64,000 bases of DNA from positions 18,230 to 82,229 of the forward strand of contig DATIYJ010000029.1 in assembly GCA_035517655.1 (NCBI GenBank). Reading direction: 5' to 3'. The stretch is from Nitrospiria bacterium. Its GTDB lineage: Bacteria; Nitrospirota; Nitrospiria; JACQBZ01. Position 1 is the stretch's first letter. Every line of letters begins with the position of its first letter. Made by a program: the position numbers and the translations under genes. A model generated the notes under the pieces. The model had not been told where the DNA came from. It saw nothing but the letters and a program-made list of their open reading frames with translations, and did not search any database. Shown here piece after piece: positions 1-9,445 of this stretch.

Positions 1-243
1 TCTCGCCGACCGGCGTCGTATTCGGTATCGCATGGAACGGGCTGACCCGTCCCGATCTGACATCGCTCCTGGGCTCCTATGCCGCAGAGTACAAGGAAGC
101 CTTACGGCAGACACCCCGCAAGCCCGGCCACCGCAGGTCCTCCGTGGTACACACGAACCGGATCATTGTGGAGCAATGGGGACATATACGGAACATGCAG
201 GGGCGCGCCTACGCACCGGCCTTAATTCCTCCGGGATTGAGCG

Positions 244-1473
244 TTGATGAAATCAAATAAAATACTGCTTCTTCCGTTGATCCTAATGCTGGTGACGAAC
301 TGTGGAGGCGGCGGTTCGGGCGGAGGATCGGGTAGCTCATCGGGATCGGGAAATGGCGTGGGCGTCCTCCCGACAGGGAACAACGTCCTTTCTCTCACCG
401 TAAACGGTTCGCTCTGCTCGAGCAACCCTGCCAATAATTATATCAACGAGCCGTGCGTCAGCGTCACGGTCTGCAGTCCCGGCACATCGACCTGTCAGAC
501 GATCGACGACATCCTTCTGGATACCGGAGACGTCGGGCTGCGGATATTCAAGCAGGTTCTGACCGTTCCTCTTACGGCGGTCACCGAGGGCGCCAACCCG
601 ATTGCGGAGTGTGTCCCTTACTTGGACACCACTTCGAATTGGGGGCCCATCGAGACGGCGGACGTCGTCCTCGGAAATGAGCCGGCCGTTTCGGTCCCGA
701 TCCAGGTGATCGACTCCACATTCCCCGGCGCCCCCACGGCATGTCAGAACCCAAACCAAGATCCGACCGACGCCGGATTCAACGGAAGCCTGGGGCTTGA
801 TTTCATTCTTCAGGACTGTGGCTTGGGATGTGTAAATAGTATTCCATCACCTCCTTGGTATTACTCCTGCAATGGATCGAGCTGCAGTGGAACCACGGTC
901 GCGCTTGCCGACCAGGTTCAAAACCCCGTGGCGCTTCTGCCTGAGGATAACAACGGTGTTATCGTAGAGATTCCTGGCATCTCTTCTGGCGGGACTCCTT
1001 CCGTCAACGGCGCACTGGTGCTCGGAATCGGCACGCAGTCCAACAATACGCCTTCCGGGGTGACGGCATATGATGCCGACCCGGGCTCAGGGGATTTCAT
1101 CACAGTGATCGGCAACGTCGCTTACGGCAGTTTCATCGACAGCGGTTCAAACGGCCTGTTTTTTCCTCCACCCTCTTCAACCTCGCTTCCAACCTGCGCC
1201 TCACCCGATTCAGACTGGTTCTGTCCTTCGTCCACCAAGACCCTTTCCGCCACAAACATCGGAGCCTCCGGCTCACCGAGCGGCACGGTCTCATTTCAGA
1301 TAGGCAACTTCGACAGCCTTTTGAACTCACCCAACAATGTCTTCGCCGATATCGGCGGACCCAACCCGGGTGAATTCGACTGGGGGCTTCCCTTCTTCTT
1401 CGGACGAAAAGTCTACATAGGCATCGAAGGACTCAAATCCGGCCTGGGCACCGGCCCCTATTGGGCCTATTAA
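244..1473 (+). CDS. Secreted lipoprotein with Gly/Ser-rich linker and two D-T/S-G motifs (pepsin-like aspartic peptidase fold suspected; DUF3443-like)
   Basis: 409 aa ORF. N-terminus MMKSNKILLLPLILMLVTNC followed by GGGGSGGGSGSSSGSG is a lipobox signal. Two hydrophobic-D-T/S-G motifs (ILLDTGDVGL, SFIDSGSNGLFF) are spaced like the two catalytic lobes of A1 peptidases. Cys-rich. Confidence 0.6.
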   Translation: MMKSNKILLLPLILMLVTNCGGGGSGGGSGSSSGSGNGVGVLPTGNNVLSLTVNGSLCSSNPANNYINEPCVSVTVCSPGTSTCQTIDDILLDTGDVGLRIFKQVLTVPLTAVTEGANPIAECVPYLDTTSNWGPIETADVVLGNEPAVSVPIQVIDSTFPGAPTACQNPNQDPTDAGFNGSLGLDFILQDCGLGCVNSIPSPPWYYSCNGSSCSGTTVALADQVQNPVALLPEDNNGVIVEIPGISSGGTPSVNGALVLGIGTQSNNTPSGVTAYDADPGSGDFITVIGNVAYGSFIDSGSNGLFFPPPSSTSLPTCASPDSDWFCPSSTKTLSATNIGASGSPSGTVSFQIGNFDSLLNSPNNVFADIGGPNPGEFDWGLPFFFGRKVYIGIEGLKSGLGTGPYWAY

Positions 1474-1519
1474 GAAGCCGTTGGCGGGATGGTCCCTCGT
1501 TCGGTAAAAACGGATCGTT

Positions 1520-1561
1520 GTTTCCGTTTTCAAAAAAGCGCGGGCCCTGACGATCCGTCAG
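1520..1561 (-). terminator. Rho-independent terminator (GC hairpin plus T-tract on minus strand) downstream of phosphoesterase gene
   Basis: Forward-strand caaaaaagcgcgggccctgacgatccgtcagagcccgcggg. On the minus strand this reads as stem GCGGGCTCTGAC / GTCAGGGCCCGC followed by TTTTTTG. It lies in the convergent intergenic region. Confidence 0.45.
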
Positions 1562-1601
1562 AGCCCGCGGGATGTATGGTACGGTATGAGGCTTGCGCCG
1601 G

Positions 1602-3134
1602 TCAGCGATGGGCCTTTCTATTGACGACGGGTTGACCGGTAGCCGGATCAAGAAATAGGATCTTGGCCGTTTGATCGTGCCCGAAGTTGAACATGTTGAG
1701 CAGGGAGCCGGCCTTTTCATCGAGCGAGCCGTTTCCGATCCGGCCGGTCTGCCAGTTGTCCTCGATGAAGCGAAGAACCGAGGTCTGATCGGTGACGGCG
1801 TGGTCGACGAAGTTCGGCTTCGCGTACGGTGAGACCACCAAAAGCGGCTGGCGCGGACCGTAGCCGCAACGATCCGGATAGCCGCCCGAGATCATTCCCT
1901 CGTTCGTTCCGCAGTCCGTCCCTCGCAGCGCGTCGTGCGCGCTGTCGTTCGACTGGTTCACGATCGGGCTCATCTGATGGTCGTACCAGCCGTCCGAGTC
2001 GTCATAGAGGATGATGACCGCCGTGTCGTCCCAGTACTCGGTCTTCTCAAGCCGGTTGATCGTGTTCACGAGAAACTGCTGCTCGTCAAGCGGGTCGGAA
2101 TAACCGGCATGGCCGTCCTGGTAGGCGGCCGCTTTGAGAAAACTGACGGCGGGCATGTGATGCGCGTCGACCGCGTCCCAGAAATCCGGCAGGTCGTACT
2201 GATGATTCGCCTGGTCGGTCCGGCCGATCATGGACACGGAACTCGGCGGCAGGTGCTGCAAATTCGCCGTCGAGGCGAAGAACTGGAACGGCTGATGGTG
2301 CGGGATGTAATCCTTGCTGGTCTGGTTGCCGACATTGGTATGGGACGCGTTGCAGTCCGCGAAACCGCCCTCGAACCAGCCCCACGTGATCCCCTTTGCG
2401 TTCAACAGGTCGCCGATGTTTTTGTTGTTCGGATCGATCGAGGTCGTGTTGTCGCGAGTGTCGCAGATGTCGCCGGTCGGTTGCGGATCGCCGATCACGG
2501 TGTTGTTGGCGGTGACCGCGCTGCTCGTAGTCGCGAAGCCGTGCGTCTGGCCCGAAATAAGATTAAGAGCGCCCGGCGCGGACGGCCCGAACCCCGCGTC
2601 GTAGGAGTTGTCGCTCATCGCGAAGTTCTGGGCGTAGTTCCAGAGCGCGGTAACAGTATTGCCGTCATAATAGCCCATAACCAGCCCCGGTCCGTAGCCG
2701 TAGTCGACGCAGGTTCCGGCCCCGCGGCCGACCGTCTCGACGAATTTATCCATCAGGCCGTGGTCGAAGGCCTTCTGCTCGTCCGTATACCCGTGATCCT
2801 GATCGCAGGTCTCGGCCTGGTCATGCGACAATCGGAAGGGCTGAACCGAGTTCGGGTTGTTCGGCGCGAGCAGCGGCTCGTTAAGACCGTTCACCGCTGG
2901 CGTGCCGGACTTGGGCGTGAAGGTCGAGCCGTCCGTGTTCGCCGCGTTCGGATAGGTCGCAAAATAATGATCGAACGAGACGTTCTCCTGAAAAATAACC
3001 ACCACGTGATTGATGGGGGTGGTGGTTTCGGATTCGTGATGGCCGGTGTCCGCCTGGACGGCTTCGCAGAGACCGACGGCCGCCAAAAGCGCCAAGGCCA
3101 GCTTGGCCCATTTCTTGACAAGATGCCCTTGCAT
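1602..3134 (-). CDS. Phosphoesterase family protein (phospholipase C / acid phosphatase AcpA-like), secreted
   Basis: 510 aa. Signal peptide MQGHLVKKWAKLALALLAAVGLCEAVQA. Motif HVVVIFQENVSFDHYFATYP is typical of the PLC/AcpA phosphoesterase family. Confidence 0.8.
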   Translation of the reverse strand: MQGHLVKKWAKLALALLAAVGLCEAVQADTGHHESETTTPINHVVVIFQENVSFDHYFATYPNAANTDGSTFTPKSGTPAVNGLNEPLLAPNNPNSVQPFRLSHDQAETCDQDHGYTDEQKAFDHGLMDKFVETVGRGAGTCVDYGYGPGLVMGYYDGNTVTALWNYAQNFAMSDNSYDAGFGPSAPGALNLISGQTHGFATTSSAVTANNTVIGDPQPTGDICDTRDNTTSIDPNNKNIGDLLNAKGITWGWFEGGFADCNASHTNVGNQTSKDYIPHHQPFQFFASTANLQHLPPSSVSMIGRTDQANHQYDLPDFWDAVDAHHMPAVSFLKAAAYQDGHAGYSDPLDEQQFLVNTINRLEKTEYWDDTAVIILYDDSDGWYDHQMSPIVNQSNDSAHDALRGTDCGTNEGMISGGYPDRCGYGPRQPLLVVSPYAKPNFVDHAVTDQTSVLRFIEDNWQTGRIGNGSLDEKAGSLLNMFNFGHDQTAKILFLDPATGQPVVNRKAHR

Positions 3135-3308
3135 GGTTTTATCCTCCTTGTTGGGATGTTAACGCAACCAGTTTAACGGACGATTGTAAATTCTCCCTCA
3201 AGAGATCATTAATAGGATGTTAAATCTGATCGAAGCGGGCGGTTGATAAAATCGGCCTATCCATGTATCCTACGCCATATTAAATTATTTCCATGTGAGA
3301 AACCGGGA

Positions 3309-4226
3309 ATGGACCAGAAAATCGGCGTTTTATTGATGGCCTACGGAGCGGCCGGCTCGCTGGACGAGATCGAGCCGTATTTGAACGATATTCGTGGCGG
3401 ACGGCCCACGAGCCCGCAGTTGGTGGAGGAGGTCAAGCACCGCTACCGACTCATGGGCGGGAAATCGCCGTTGCTCGAAATCACGAAACAACAGGCGGCC
3501 GCACTGGAGAAAACGCTCAACGGGAATCGCCCGCGCTTCAAAGTCTATATCGGGATGCGCCACTGGCATCCTTATATAAAGGATACGGTGGCGGCCATGG
3601 CGGCGGACGGCCTGCTGGAGATCGTCGGCCTTTGCCTGACCCCCTACTATTCGAAAATGAGCGTGGGAGCGTACTATCAAAAATTGGATGACGCGGCCGC
3701 GGCGGCCGGCGCGCCGTTTAAAATCCGACGCATCGAAAGTTGGAACGATCATCCCAAGCTGATCGAGGCGATCGCCGAAAAGATCACCCGGGCCCTGGAA
3801 CGGTTTCCGGTCGGCGTTCGGGAAAAAGTCCCCTTGCTTTTCTCGGCGCACAGCCTGCCGGAACGAATCCTGGCCGAAAAGGATCCGTATCCGGAGGAGC
3901 TCCACGAAACGATCGAGTTGGTGATGAAAAAGGTCGGGGCGTACGCCTGGCGCTTCGCCTACCAGAGCCGGGGCCGAACCCCCGAGCCCTGGCTGGGCCC
4001 GGACGCGGGCGCGGTGATCGATGAGCTTCTCGCGCAGGGGCACCGCCGCCTCCTGATGGCCCCGATCGGGTTCATCTCGGACCACATGGAAACGCTCTAC
4101 GACGTGGACGTGATGTACCGCGAGCAGTGTCAGGCGAAGGGGATGCAACTGGAACGCGCGGAATCCCTCAACGCCTCGCCCGCGTTTATCGAGACGCTGG
4201 CGGCCGTCGTCCTGGAGAATCTTTAA
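3309..4226 (+). CDS. hemH: Ferrochelatase (proto- or coproporphyrin ferrochelatase)
   Basis: Starts MDQKIGVLLMAYGAAGSLDEIEPYLNDIRGGRPTSP (ATG at 3309). Conserved ferrochelatase core including the HS...E region (LLFSAHSLPERI). Confidence 0.85.
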   Translation: MDQKIGVLLMAYGAAGSLDEIEPYLNDIRGGRPTSPQLVEEVKHRYRLMGGKSPLLEITKQQAAALEKTLNGNRPRFKVYIGMRHWHPYIKDTVAAMAADGLLEIVGLCLTPYYSKMSVGAYYQKLDDAAAAAGAPFKIRRIESWNDHPKLIEAIAEKITRALERFPVGVREKVPLLFSAHSLPERILAEKDPYPEELHETIELVMKKVGAYAWRFAYQSRGRTPEPWLGPDAGAVIDELLAQGHRRLLMAPIGFISDHMETLYDVDVMYREQCQAKGMQLERAESLNASPAFIETLAAVVLENL

Positions 4227-4267
4227 ACAAGCCACGGTCATCATTTGGCACCCACTCCACGACCACC

Positions 4268-5728
4268 ATGACATCCATACAGAAAAAAGTCATCATTATC
4301 GGCGGCGGGATCACCGGCCTGGCCGCGGCCTATGCCCTCCAGGAACGGGCCCGCAAAAACCGGGCGCCGATTTCCTTTACCCTCCTCGAAGGCCAGTCCC
4401 GTCTGGGCGGCAAAATCCTGACCGACACCGAAAACGGCCTCGTGATGGAAGGCGGACCGGACTCGTTTATCTCACAAAAACCCTGGGCGCTGGAACTCTG
4501 CCGGCAACTGGGGCTTGAAAATCGATTGACCAAGACCAGTCCGGATCAGACCGCCACTTACATTCTGCACAACGGGCGACTGGTAAACCTTCCGGAAGGA
4601 ATCATGCTTCTGGTGCCGACACGCCTCGGCCCCTTCCTCACGACCCCGCTCTTCTCCCCGCTCGGAAAATTACGGATGGGGATGGACTGGATCATCCCTC
4701 GAAAGCAAACCGCCGAAGATGAAAGTCTTGCCGCCTTCGTCCGACGCCGGCTGGGGCGGGAAGCGGTGGACCGGCTGGCCGAGCCGCTCCTGGCCGGAAT
4801 TTACGCCGGCGACGCCGAACGGATGAGCCTGGCCGCCACTTTTCCGCAATTCCAGGAGTTGGAAAACCGCTACGGCAGCCTGATCCGTGGAATGCTGGCC
4901 CGAAGACGCGAACGGCCAAGGCCAGTTGCGCTCGGCAAAGAACCGCCGGCGAAAACGGCTCCCCTCACGATGTTCATGACGCTCAAAGGCGGGCTGACCG
5001 AGATGGTCACGGCCGTCGTCTCAAAACTGGATCGGGACGCTTTGACCGTCGGCACGGAGGCGGAACGTATCCATTGGAGAGCCGGTCTCTCGACCTATCG
5101 GGTCCGATTGAAGAACGGAACGACGATGACGGCCTCGGCCGTCATCGTCACCTCCCCGGCCTACGTCACGGCCGGACTCCTCGAAGAAACGGACGCCACA
5201 CTCGTCCGGACGCTCCGCGAAATCCCGTATGTTTCGACCGCCACCGTCTCGTTGGCCTACCGCAAGGACCTGTTTCGACACCCGCTGAACGGTTTCGGCT
5301 TTGTCGTCCCGCGGCGCGAAGGACGCAGCATCATGGCCTGCACCTGGACCTCGAGCAAGTTTCCGCACCGCGCGCCGGCGGACCGGGTGCTGCTGCGCTG
5401 TTTCGTGGGCGGGGCCGGGAGAGAAGAAGTCGTGAGCCTGCCCGACAAGAACCTGGTGGGCCGCGTCCGCGACGATCTCCGCGCAACCATGGGCGTCGTG
5501 GAGGAGCCGATCCTCAGCCGGGTCTACCGCTGGGAAAAAGCCAATCCGCAATACCCGGTCGGCCATCTCGACCGCCTGGCCGAGATCGACGACCGCCTGA
5601 CTCGATTCCCGGGACTGTTTTTTGCGGGCGCGGCCTACCGCGGCGTGGGCGTGCCGGATTGCATCCGCCAGGGAAATGAGGCGGCGGAACGGGCTTTCAA
5701 ATTCCTTACCTCAAATCCATCCCCGTAG
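4268..5728 (+). CDS. hemY: FAD-dependent protoporphyrinogen/coproporphyrinogen oxidase (HemY-type)
   Basis: ATG at 4268, MTSIQKKVIIIGGGITGLAAAYAL (GxGxxG FAD fold). HemY-like length and C-terminus. Directly follows hemH. Confidence 0.85.
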   Translation: MTSIQKKVIIIGGGITGLAAAYALQERARKNRAPISFTLLEGQSRLGGKILTDTENGLVMEGGPDSFISQKPWALELCRQLGLENRLTKTSPDQTATYILHNGRLVNLPEGIMLLVPTRLGPFLTTPLFSPLGKLRMGMDWIIPRKQTAEDESLAAFVRRRLGREAVDRLAEPLLAGIYAGDAERMSLAATFPQFQELENRYGSLIRGMLARRRERPRPVALGKEPPAKTAPLTMFMTLKGGLTEMVTAVVSKLDRDALTVGTEAERIHWRAGLSTYRVRLKNGTTMTASAVIVTSPAYVTAGLLEETDATLVRTLREIPYVSTATVSLAYRKDLFRHPLNGFGFVVPRREGRSIMACTWTSSKFPHRAPADRVLLRCFVGGAGREEVVSLPDKNLVGRVRDDLRATMGVVEEPILSRVYRWEKANPQYPVGHLDRLAEIDDRLTRFPGLFFAGAAYRGVGVPDCIRQGNEAAERAFKFLTSNPSP

Positions 5729-5957
5729 CCTTTCTATTCTTCTGCTAAAATAAGAGAGTGTCTATACCCGGATCTGTTAAGCATTCGGGTGAACTTATTG
5801 GCGTGTTCTCTTCCTCGCATTGCACAGGGGGTTATTCAGCGAGCAAGGCGAGCGAGAGGGGGAGACTCCATCCGGCTTGGCCGGCCTGCACTCGGCGGCT
5901 TGCAGCCGATGTGTGGAGGGAGCGACGCGAGCCCCTACAAATAAAAGGAGGACGCTT

Positions 5958-6524
5958 ATGGCCGGCTGGATCCTGCTGGGTATTGTCGTTTTCTTATTCT
6001 TGTGGCTGGTGATCGTATACAACGGGCTGGTGTCGCTTCGAAATCAGGTTCAGAACGCCTGGAGGCAGATCGACGTTCAACTCAAACGGAGGCATGATCT
6101 CATCCCGAACCTGGTCTCGACCGTCAAGGGCGCGATGGCCTTTGAACAGGATACGCTTGAAAAGGTGATCACCGCCCGGGCCAAGGCCGTCTCGGCCACG
6201 AACCTGCAGGACAAGGCCGCATCCGAAAACATGCTGACGCAGGCCCTCGGAAAACTTTTCGCCGTGATGGAAAACTACCCCCAGCTCAAATCGAACGAAA
6301 ACATCATGCAGCTGCAGGAGGAATTGACCTCCACCGAAAACCGCATCGGCTTCGCCCGGCAATTCTACAACGATCTGGTCGCTTCCTACCGAACCAGACA
6401 GCAGATCTTCCCGAACAACTTCCTCGTCAACCTGTCCGGAGGTTTCAAGCCGGAAGATTACTTCGAGGCGGAGCGGGCCGACCGCGACGCGCCCATGGCG
6501 GATCTGAGCCTCCGGACACGATAA
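5958..6524 (+). CDS. lemA: LemA family membrane protein
   Basis: MAGWILLGIVVFLFLWLVIVYNGLVSLRNQVQNAWRQIDVQLKRRHDLIPNLV is the canonical LemA N-terminus. RBS aaggagg 7 nt upstream of the ATG. Confidence 0.85.
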   Translation: MAGWILLGIVVFLFLWLVIVYNGLVSLRNQVQNAWRQIDVQLKRRHDLIPNLVSTVKGAMAFEQDTLEKVITARAKAVSATNLQDKAASENMLTQALGKLFAVMENYPQLKSNENIMQLQEELTSTENRIGFARQFYNDLVASYRTRQQIFPNNFLVNLSGGFKPEDYFEAERADRDAPMADLSLRTR

Positions 6525-6527
6525 ACC

Positions 6528-8177
6528 ATGCCGTTCACCTTCATCGAGATCGAGGAGCGGAAAACGTGGAGGATCTGGCTCTTCATTCTCGTTCTCCTTC
6601 TTCTCTACTTGGCCGTCCTGGCGACACTCACGGTCGCGGTGGCCCAGACGGTCTTTATACCGTATCACGCCTTGCTCAACCCGCGGTTCCTGCTGCTCCT
6701 TGTCGCGACTTCGCTGACGGCCGCCGTCACCCATTTCTGTTTTTCAACTTTGGGCGTGGTCGATTTTATCCGGGACAATCTCGGGGCGCTCGAACCCGAT
6801 CCCGAGGACGGCATCCACAAACGCCTGCTGAACATTCTGCGGGAGATCGAGGTGGTCACCGGAAACCGGAGAAAGATCGAGGGCCGGGTGATCCCGACGC
6901 TCGCAATGAACGCCCTCGCCGTCGTGAACCTCCGGGGAAACGCCACGATCGCGGTCACCGAAGGCCTGCTTTCAAGACTCACGCGGCCGCAGTTGGAGGC
7001 GGTCATGGCCCACGAGGCCTATCACATCATCTCGGGAGATTGTCTGGAGACAACGGTGGCCGCCAGCCTTTTCGGACTGCCGTCCTCCGCGTTCGAAAAG
7101 TTTTCGAGAACCATGACCGCATCGGCCCGTCTGTCTCCGGTGCTTCTCTTGGTCTGGTGTCTGCTGAAGCTCAGCCAGATTTTCAATATGCTCATCTCCC
7201 GGGAACGGGAGTATCGGGCCGACGCCGGCGCGGTGCGTATGACGCGCAACCCGTTGGCGCTGGCCGAAGCCCTTCAATTATTGTCGCGGAATTGGAGAGG
7301 CACCGGTTTCATCGGCAACGGCTTCGAGATGCTCTGTATCGTGAATCCCGTGGCGAAGGCCCTGGACGAGACGGAAGGCCGGTGGGCCGATCTGATGTCG
7401 ACCCATCCCCCGATTCAGAAACGGATCGATATTCTATTGAAAATGGCCCATGCGGAGCTGTCGGAACAGATCGTAAAAGCGGCGTCCGCAGCCGGCGCCG
7501 CTACCGCCAAGCCTTCCGAATCGGTCTTCCACGCCTTGGATCCCCAACACCAATGGCAGGGGCCTTTTACACTGCCGGAACTTTACGCCCTGCCCTGGAT
7601 TTCCCCGCTCACGTGGATCAACGACGGAGGCCCGGCGATCGAGCGGGCTTGGAAGATGCCGCAGATCGATCCGGCGATTTTCACAAAACGTCTGGCCGAG
7701 GAGGCGTCGCCGGTCAGCCGGTTCCTCTGCCCTTCCTGCCATCAGCCTTTGCTGGAAATCACCTATGAACGGACGCAGATCGATCAATGCCACTTCTGCG
7801 GCGGGGCCTTGGTTGAAAGCGACCGGATACCGCGGATTATCGCACGGACCGAAAACCCGGCCACGGACCGGATCCAGTCGTTGTCAAAAGCGGCGATGCA
7901 GGAAAGCCAGCTCCGAGGAATCGGACGGCAAATGGAGCAAAGCGACCGGAAAGCGATCCCGCTCCGCAATTGCCCCAAATGCAGCCATCCGATGATGAGG
8001 ACGTTTTACACGCTCGCCTATCCGGTCCAGATCGACCGGTGCAGCTCCTGCAGTGTAACCTGGTTCGATCCGGACGAGCTCGAGATGCTCCAATGCATGA
8101 TCGCCAACAAAATGGCTGCGGAGCCGCTGGGTTCCACTCCCGACGCCGAAAATCCCGAAAAAGTTTTAACCCCATGA
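6528..8177 (+). CDS. M48-family Zn metallopeptidase (HtpX-like) fused to two C-terminal zinc-ribbon (zf-TFIIB-like) domains
   Basis: N-terminal TM helices. HEAYHI (HExxH) and downstream EREYRAD Glu ligand. Two CPxC...IDxCxxCxGxWFDxxEL zinc-ribbon units at the C-terminus. ATG is 4 nt after the lemA stop (known LemA/M48 pairing). Confidence 0.8.
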   Translation: MPFTFIEIEERKTWRIWLFILVLLLLYLAVLATLTVAVAQTVFIPYHALLNPRFLLLLVATSLTAAVTHFCFSTLGVVDFIRDNLGALEPDPEDGIHKRLLNILREIEVVTGNRRKIEGRVIPTLAMNALAVVNLRGNATIAVTEGLLSRLTRPQLEAVMAHEAYHIISGDCLETTVAASLFGLPSSAFEKFSRTMTASARLSPVLLLVWCLLKLSQIFNMLISREREYRADAGAVRMTRNPLALAEALQLLSRNWRGTGFIGNGFEMLCIVNPVAKALDETEGRWADLMSTHPPIQKRIDILLKMAHAELSEQIVKAASAAGAATAKPSESVFHALDPQHQWQGPFTLPELYALPWISPLTWINDGGPAIERAWKMPQIDPAIFTKRLAEEASPVSRFLCPSCHQPLLEITYERTQIDQCHFCGGALVESDRIPRIIARTENPATDRIQSLSKAAMQESQLRGIGRQMEQSDRKAIPLRNCPKCSHPMMRTFYTLAYPVQIDRCSSCSVTWFDPDELEMLQCMIANKMAAEPLGSTPDAENPEKVLTP

Positions 8178-8255
8178 TACGCCGGGATCCTCAACATAAA
8201 AAGATCGGTGCTGTTTCACTGCAATTGATGCAATCCGGTTATTTCAGCACAAGTC

Positions 8256-9383
8256 TCACTGCACCGTCACGGTGGCGCCGGAGCAGAAGGTGTTGTTCCC
8301 TTCGTCCGTCTCGACCACGGCATTGAGCGAATCGGCCATGGCACAGACATAGTAAGTGCCCACCGGTACCGTGCTTGGTATCGATAGACTCGTGGTGGCC
8401 GAACTGCTCGCCCCTGCTGCTAATAATGTCACCGATCGGATCGTCGAGATCACTACATCATCCGAATCGCCATAAATATTATTCACCGATAGCCTAAAGC
8501 CGATCCGGAACGCGGTGCTGGCGATCAACCCCTGGTTTTGGACCGTGTTGCCCACCGAAAGCGTTGACCTGCGATTGACCGTGGCCGCATTCGGCGTCAC
8601 GGCCGTCATCTCCAGATCCGCACGCGTGACCTGGACCGGCGTGGCCGTGCAATTCGCGTTGTTGTTCTCATTCCCTTCCGCGACCGTGTTGCCGCTGTCG
8701 GCCATCGCGCAGACGTAGTAAAACCCAGGAGGCGTGCTGGACGGAACAGTCAGCGTGTTTGTAGCTGTGCTGCTCGCCCCAATGGCCAAGGCTGTTAAGG
8801 ATCGAGTCAACGCCATCGCAATGTCGTCTGCCCCGCTATACGTCGCATCCGATGAGAAATGGAAAGCGATCGTAAAAGCCCCGGCTTTTGATCCTCCCTG
8901 GTTCTTCACCGTGTTGGAAAGCGTGAAAGTCTTGCCCGGCGCCACCGCCGTCGCCGTGGCAGAGACCGCGGTCATAGTCAGATCCGCGGCCGGCACAGTA
9001 ACCGTGCCTGAGCCGCATAACGTGTTATTGGTCTCGTCCGTCTCGACCACGGCGTTCACGGGATTTCCACCATTGTCGCTCAAATCTTTCACAAAGGGTG
9101 CCTGTGCCAAGGCCCACCTTTGGAGCTGAGTGACCTGAATGCTCAGGGAACCGGTGCACCGTGTATTGTTGGTCTCGTCGGATTCGGCTACGCTATTCGC
9201 GTTGTCAGCCTTCGCGCACACAACGTAGCTTCCCGGAGGAGTTGTGGAAGGAAAAGTGAGCGTCGTCGTAGCCGTGCTGCTCGCCCCCGCCGCTAATGAA
9301 CCGACTGATCGGGTGGCCGTGAAAGCAATATCATCGGCATCCCCATAGACCGTGTTGGTCGAAAGATGAAACGCCACAACCAA
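8256..9383 (-). pseudogene. CARDB-repeat cell-surface protein, apparently 5'-truncated (3.5 CARDB repeats, no signal peptide, TTG pseudo-start)
   Basis: Repeats of NQG..A..F.IAFH.S.D..Y...DD....T.RS...LAAGASS.AT..L..PS..P.G.YYVCA.AD..N.V.E..E.NN. The reading frame stays open upstream to about 9445, matching repeat consensus (ARSVSNTVTNQ) with no ATG. It then runs into unrelated AT-rich sequence with a stop near 9531-9533. Confidence 0.55.
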
Positions 9384-9445
9384 CGATCCAGTCGAGGTGG
9401 TTTCCTGATTTGTAACTGTGTTTGAGACAGAACGTGCCGGGCAAT

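Noticed and set aside
32-247. 71-aa ORF at the window start
   Set aside because: No recognisable motif, and the composition is typical of a frame artefact. It may be the tail of an upstream gene in another frame, and that cannot be resolved from the window.
1935-3176. 413-aa plus-strand ORF antisense to the phosphoesterase gene, and similar long antisense ORFs at 3330-4274, 5994-6734, 6566-7768, 35657-36379, 36525-38132, 38712-39959, 41647-42141 and 48130-49251
   Set aside because: They lie opposite well-supported genes in high-GC DNA where spurious long ORFs are expected. Their translations are Arg/Gly/Pro-rich low-complexity with no recognisable motifs.
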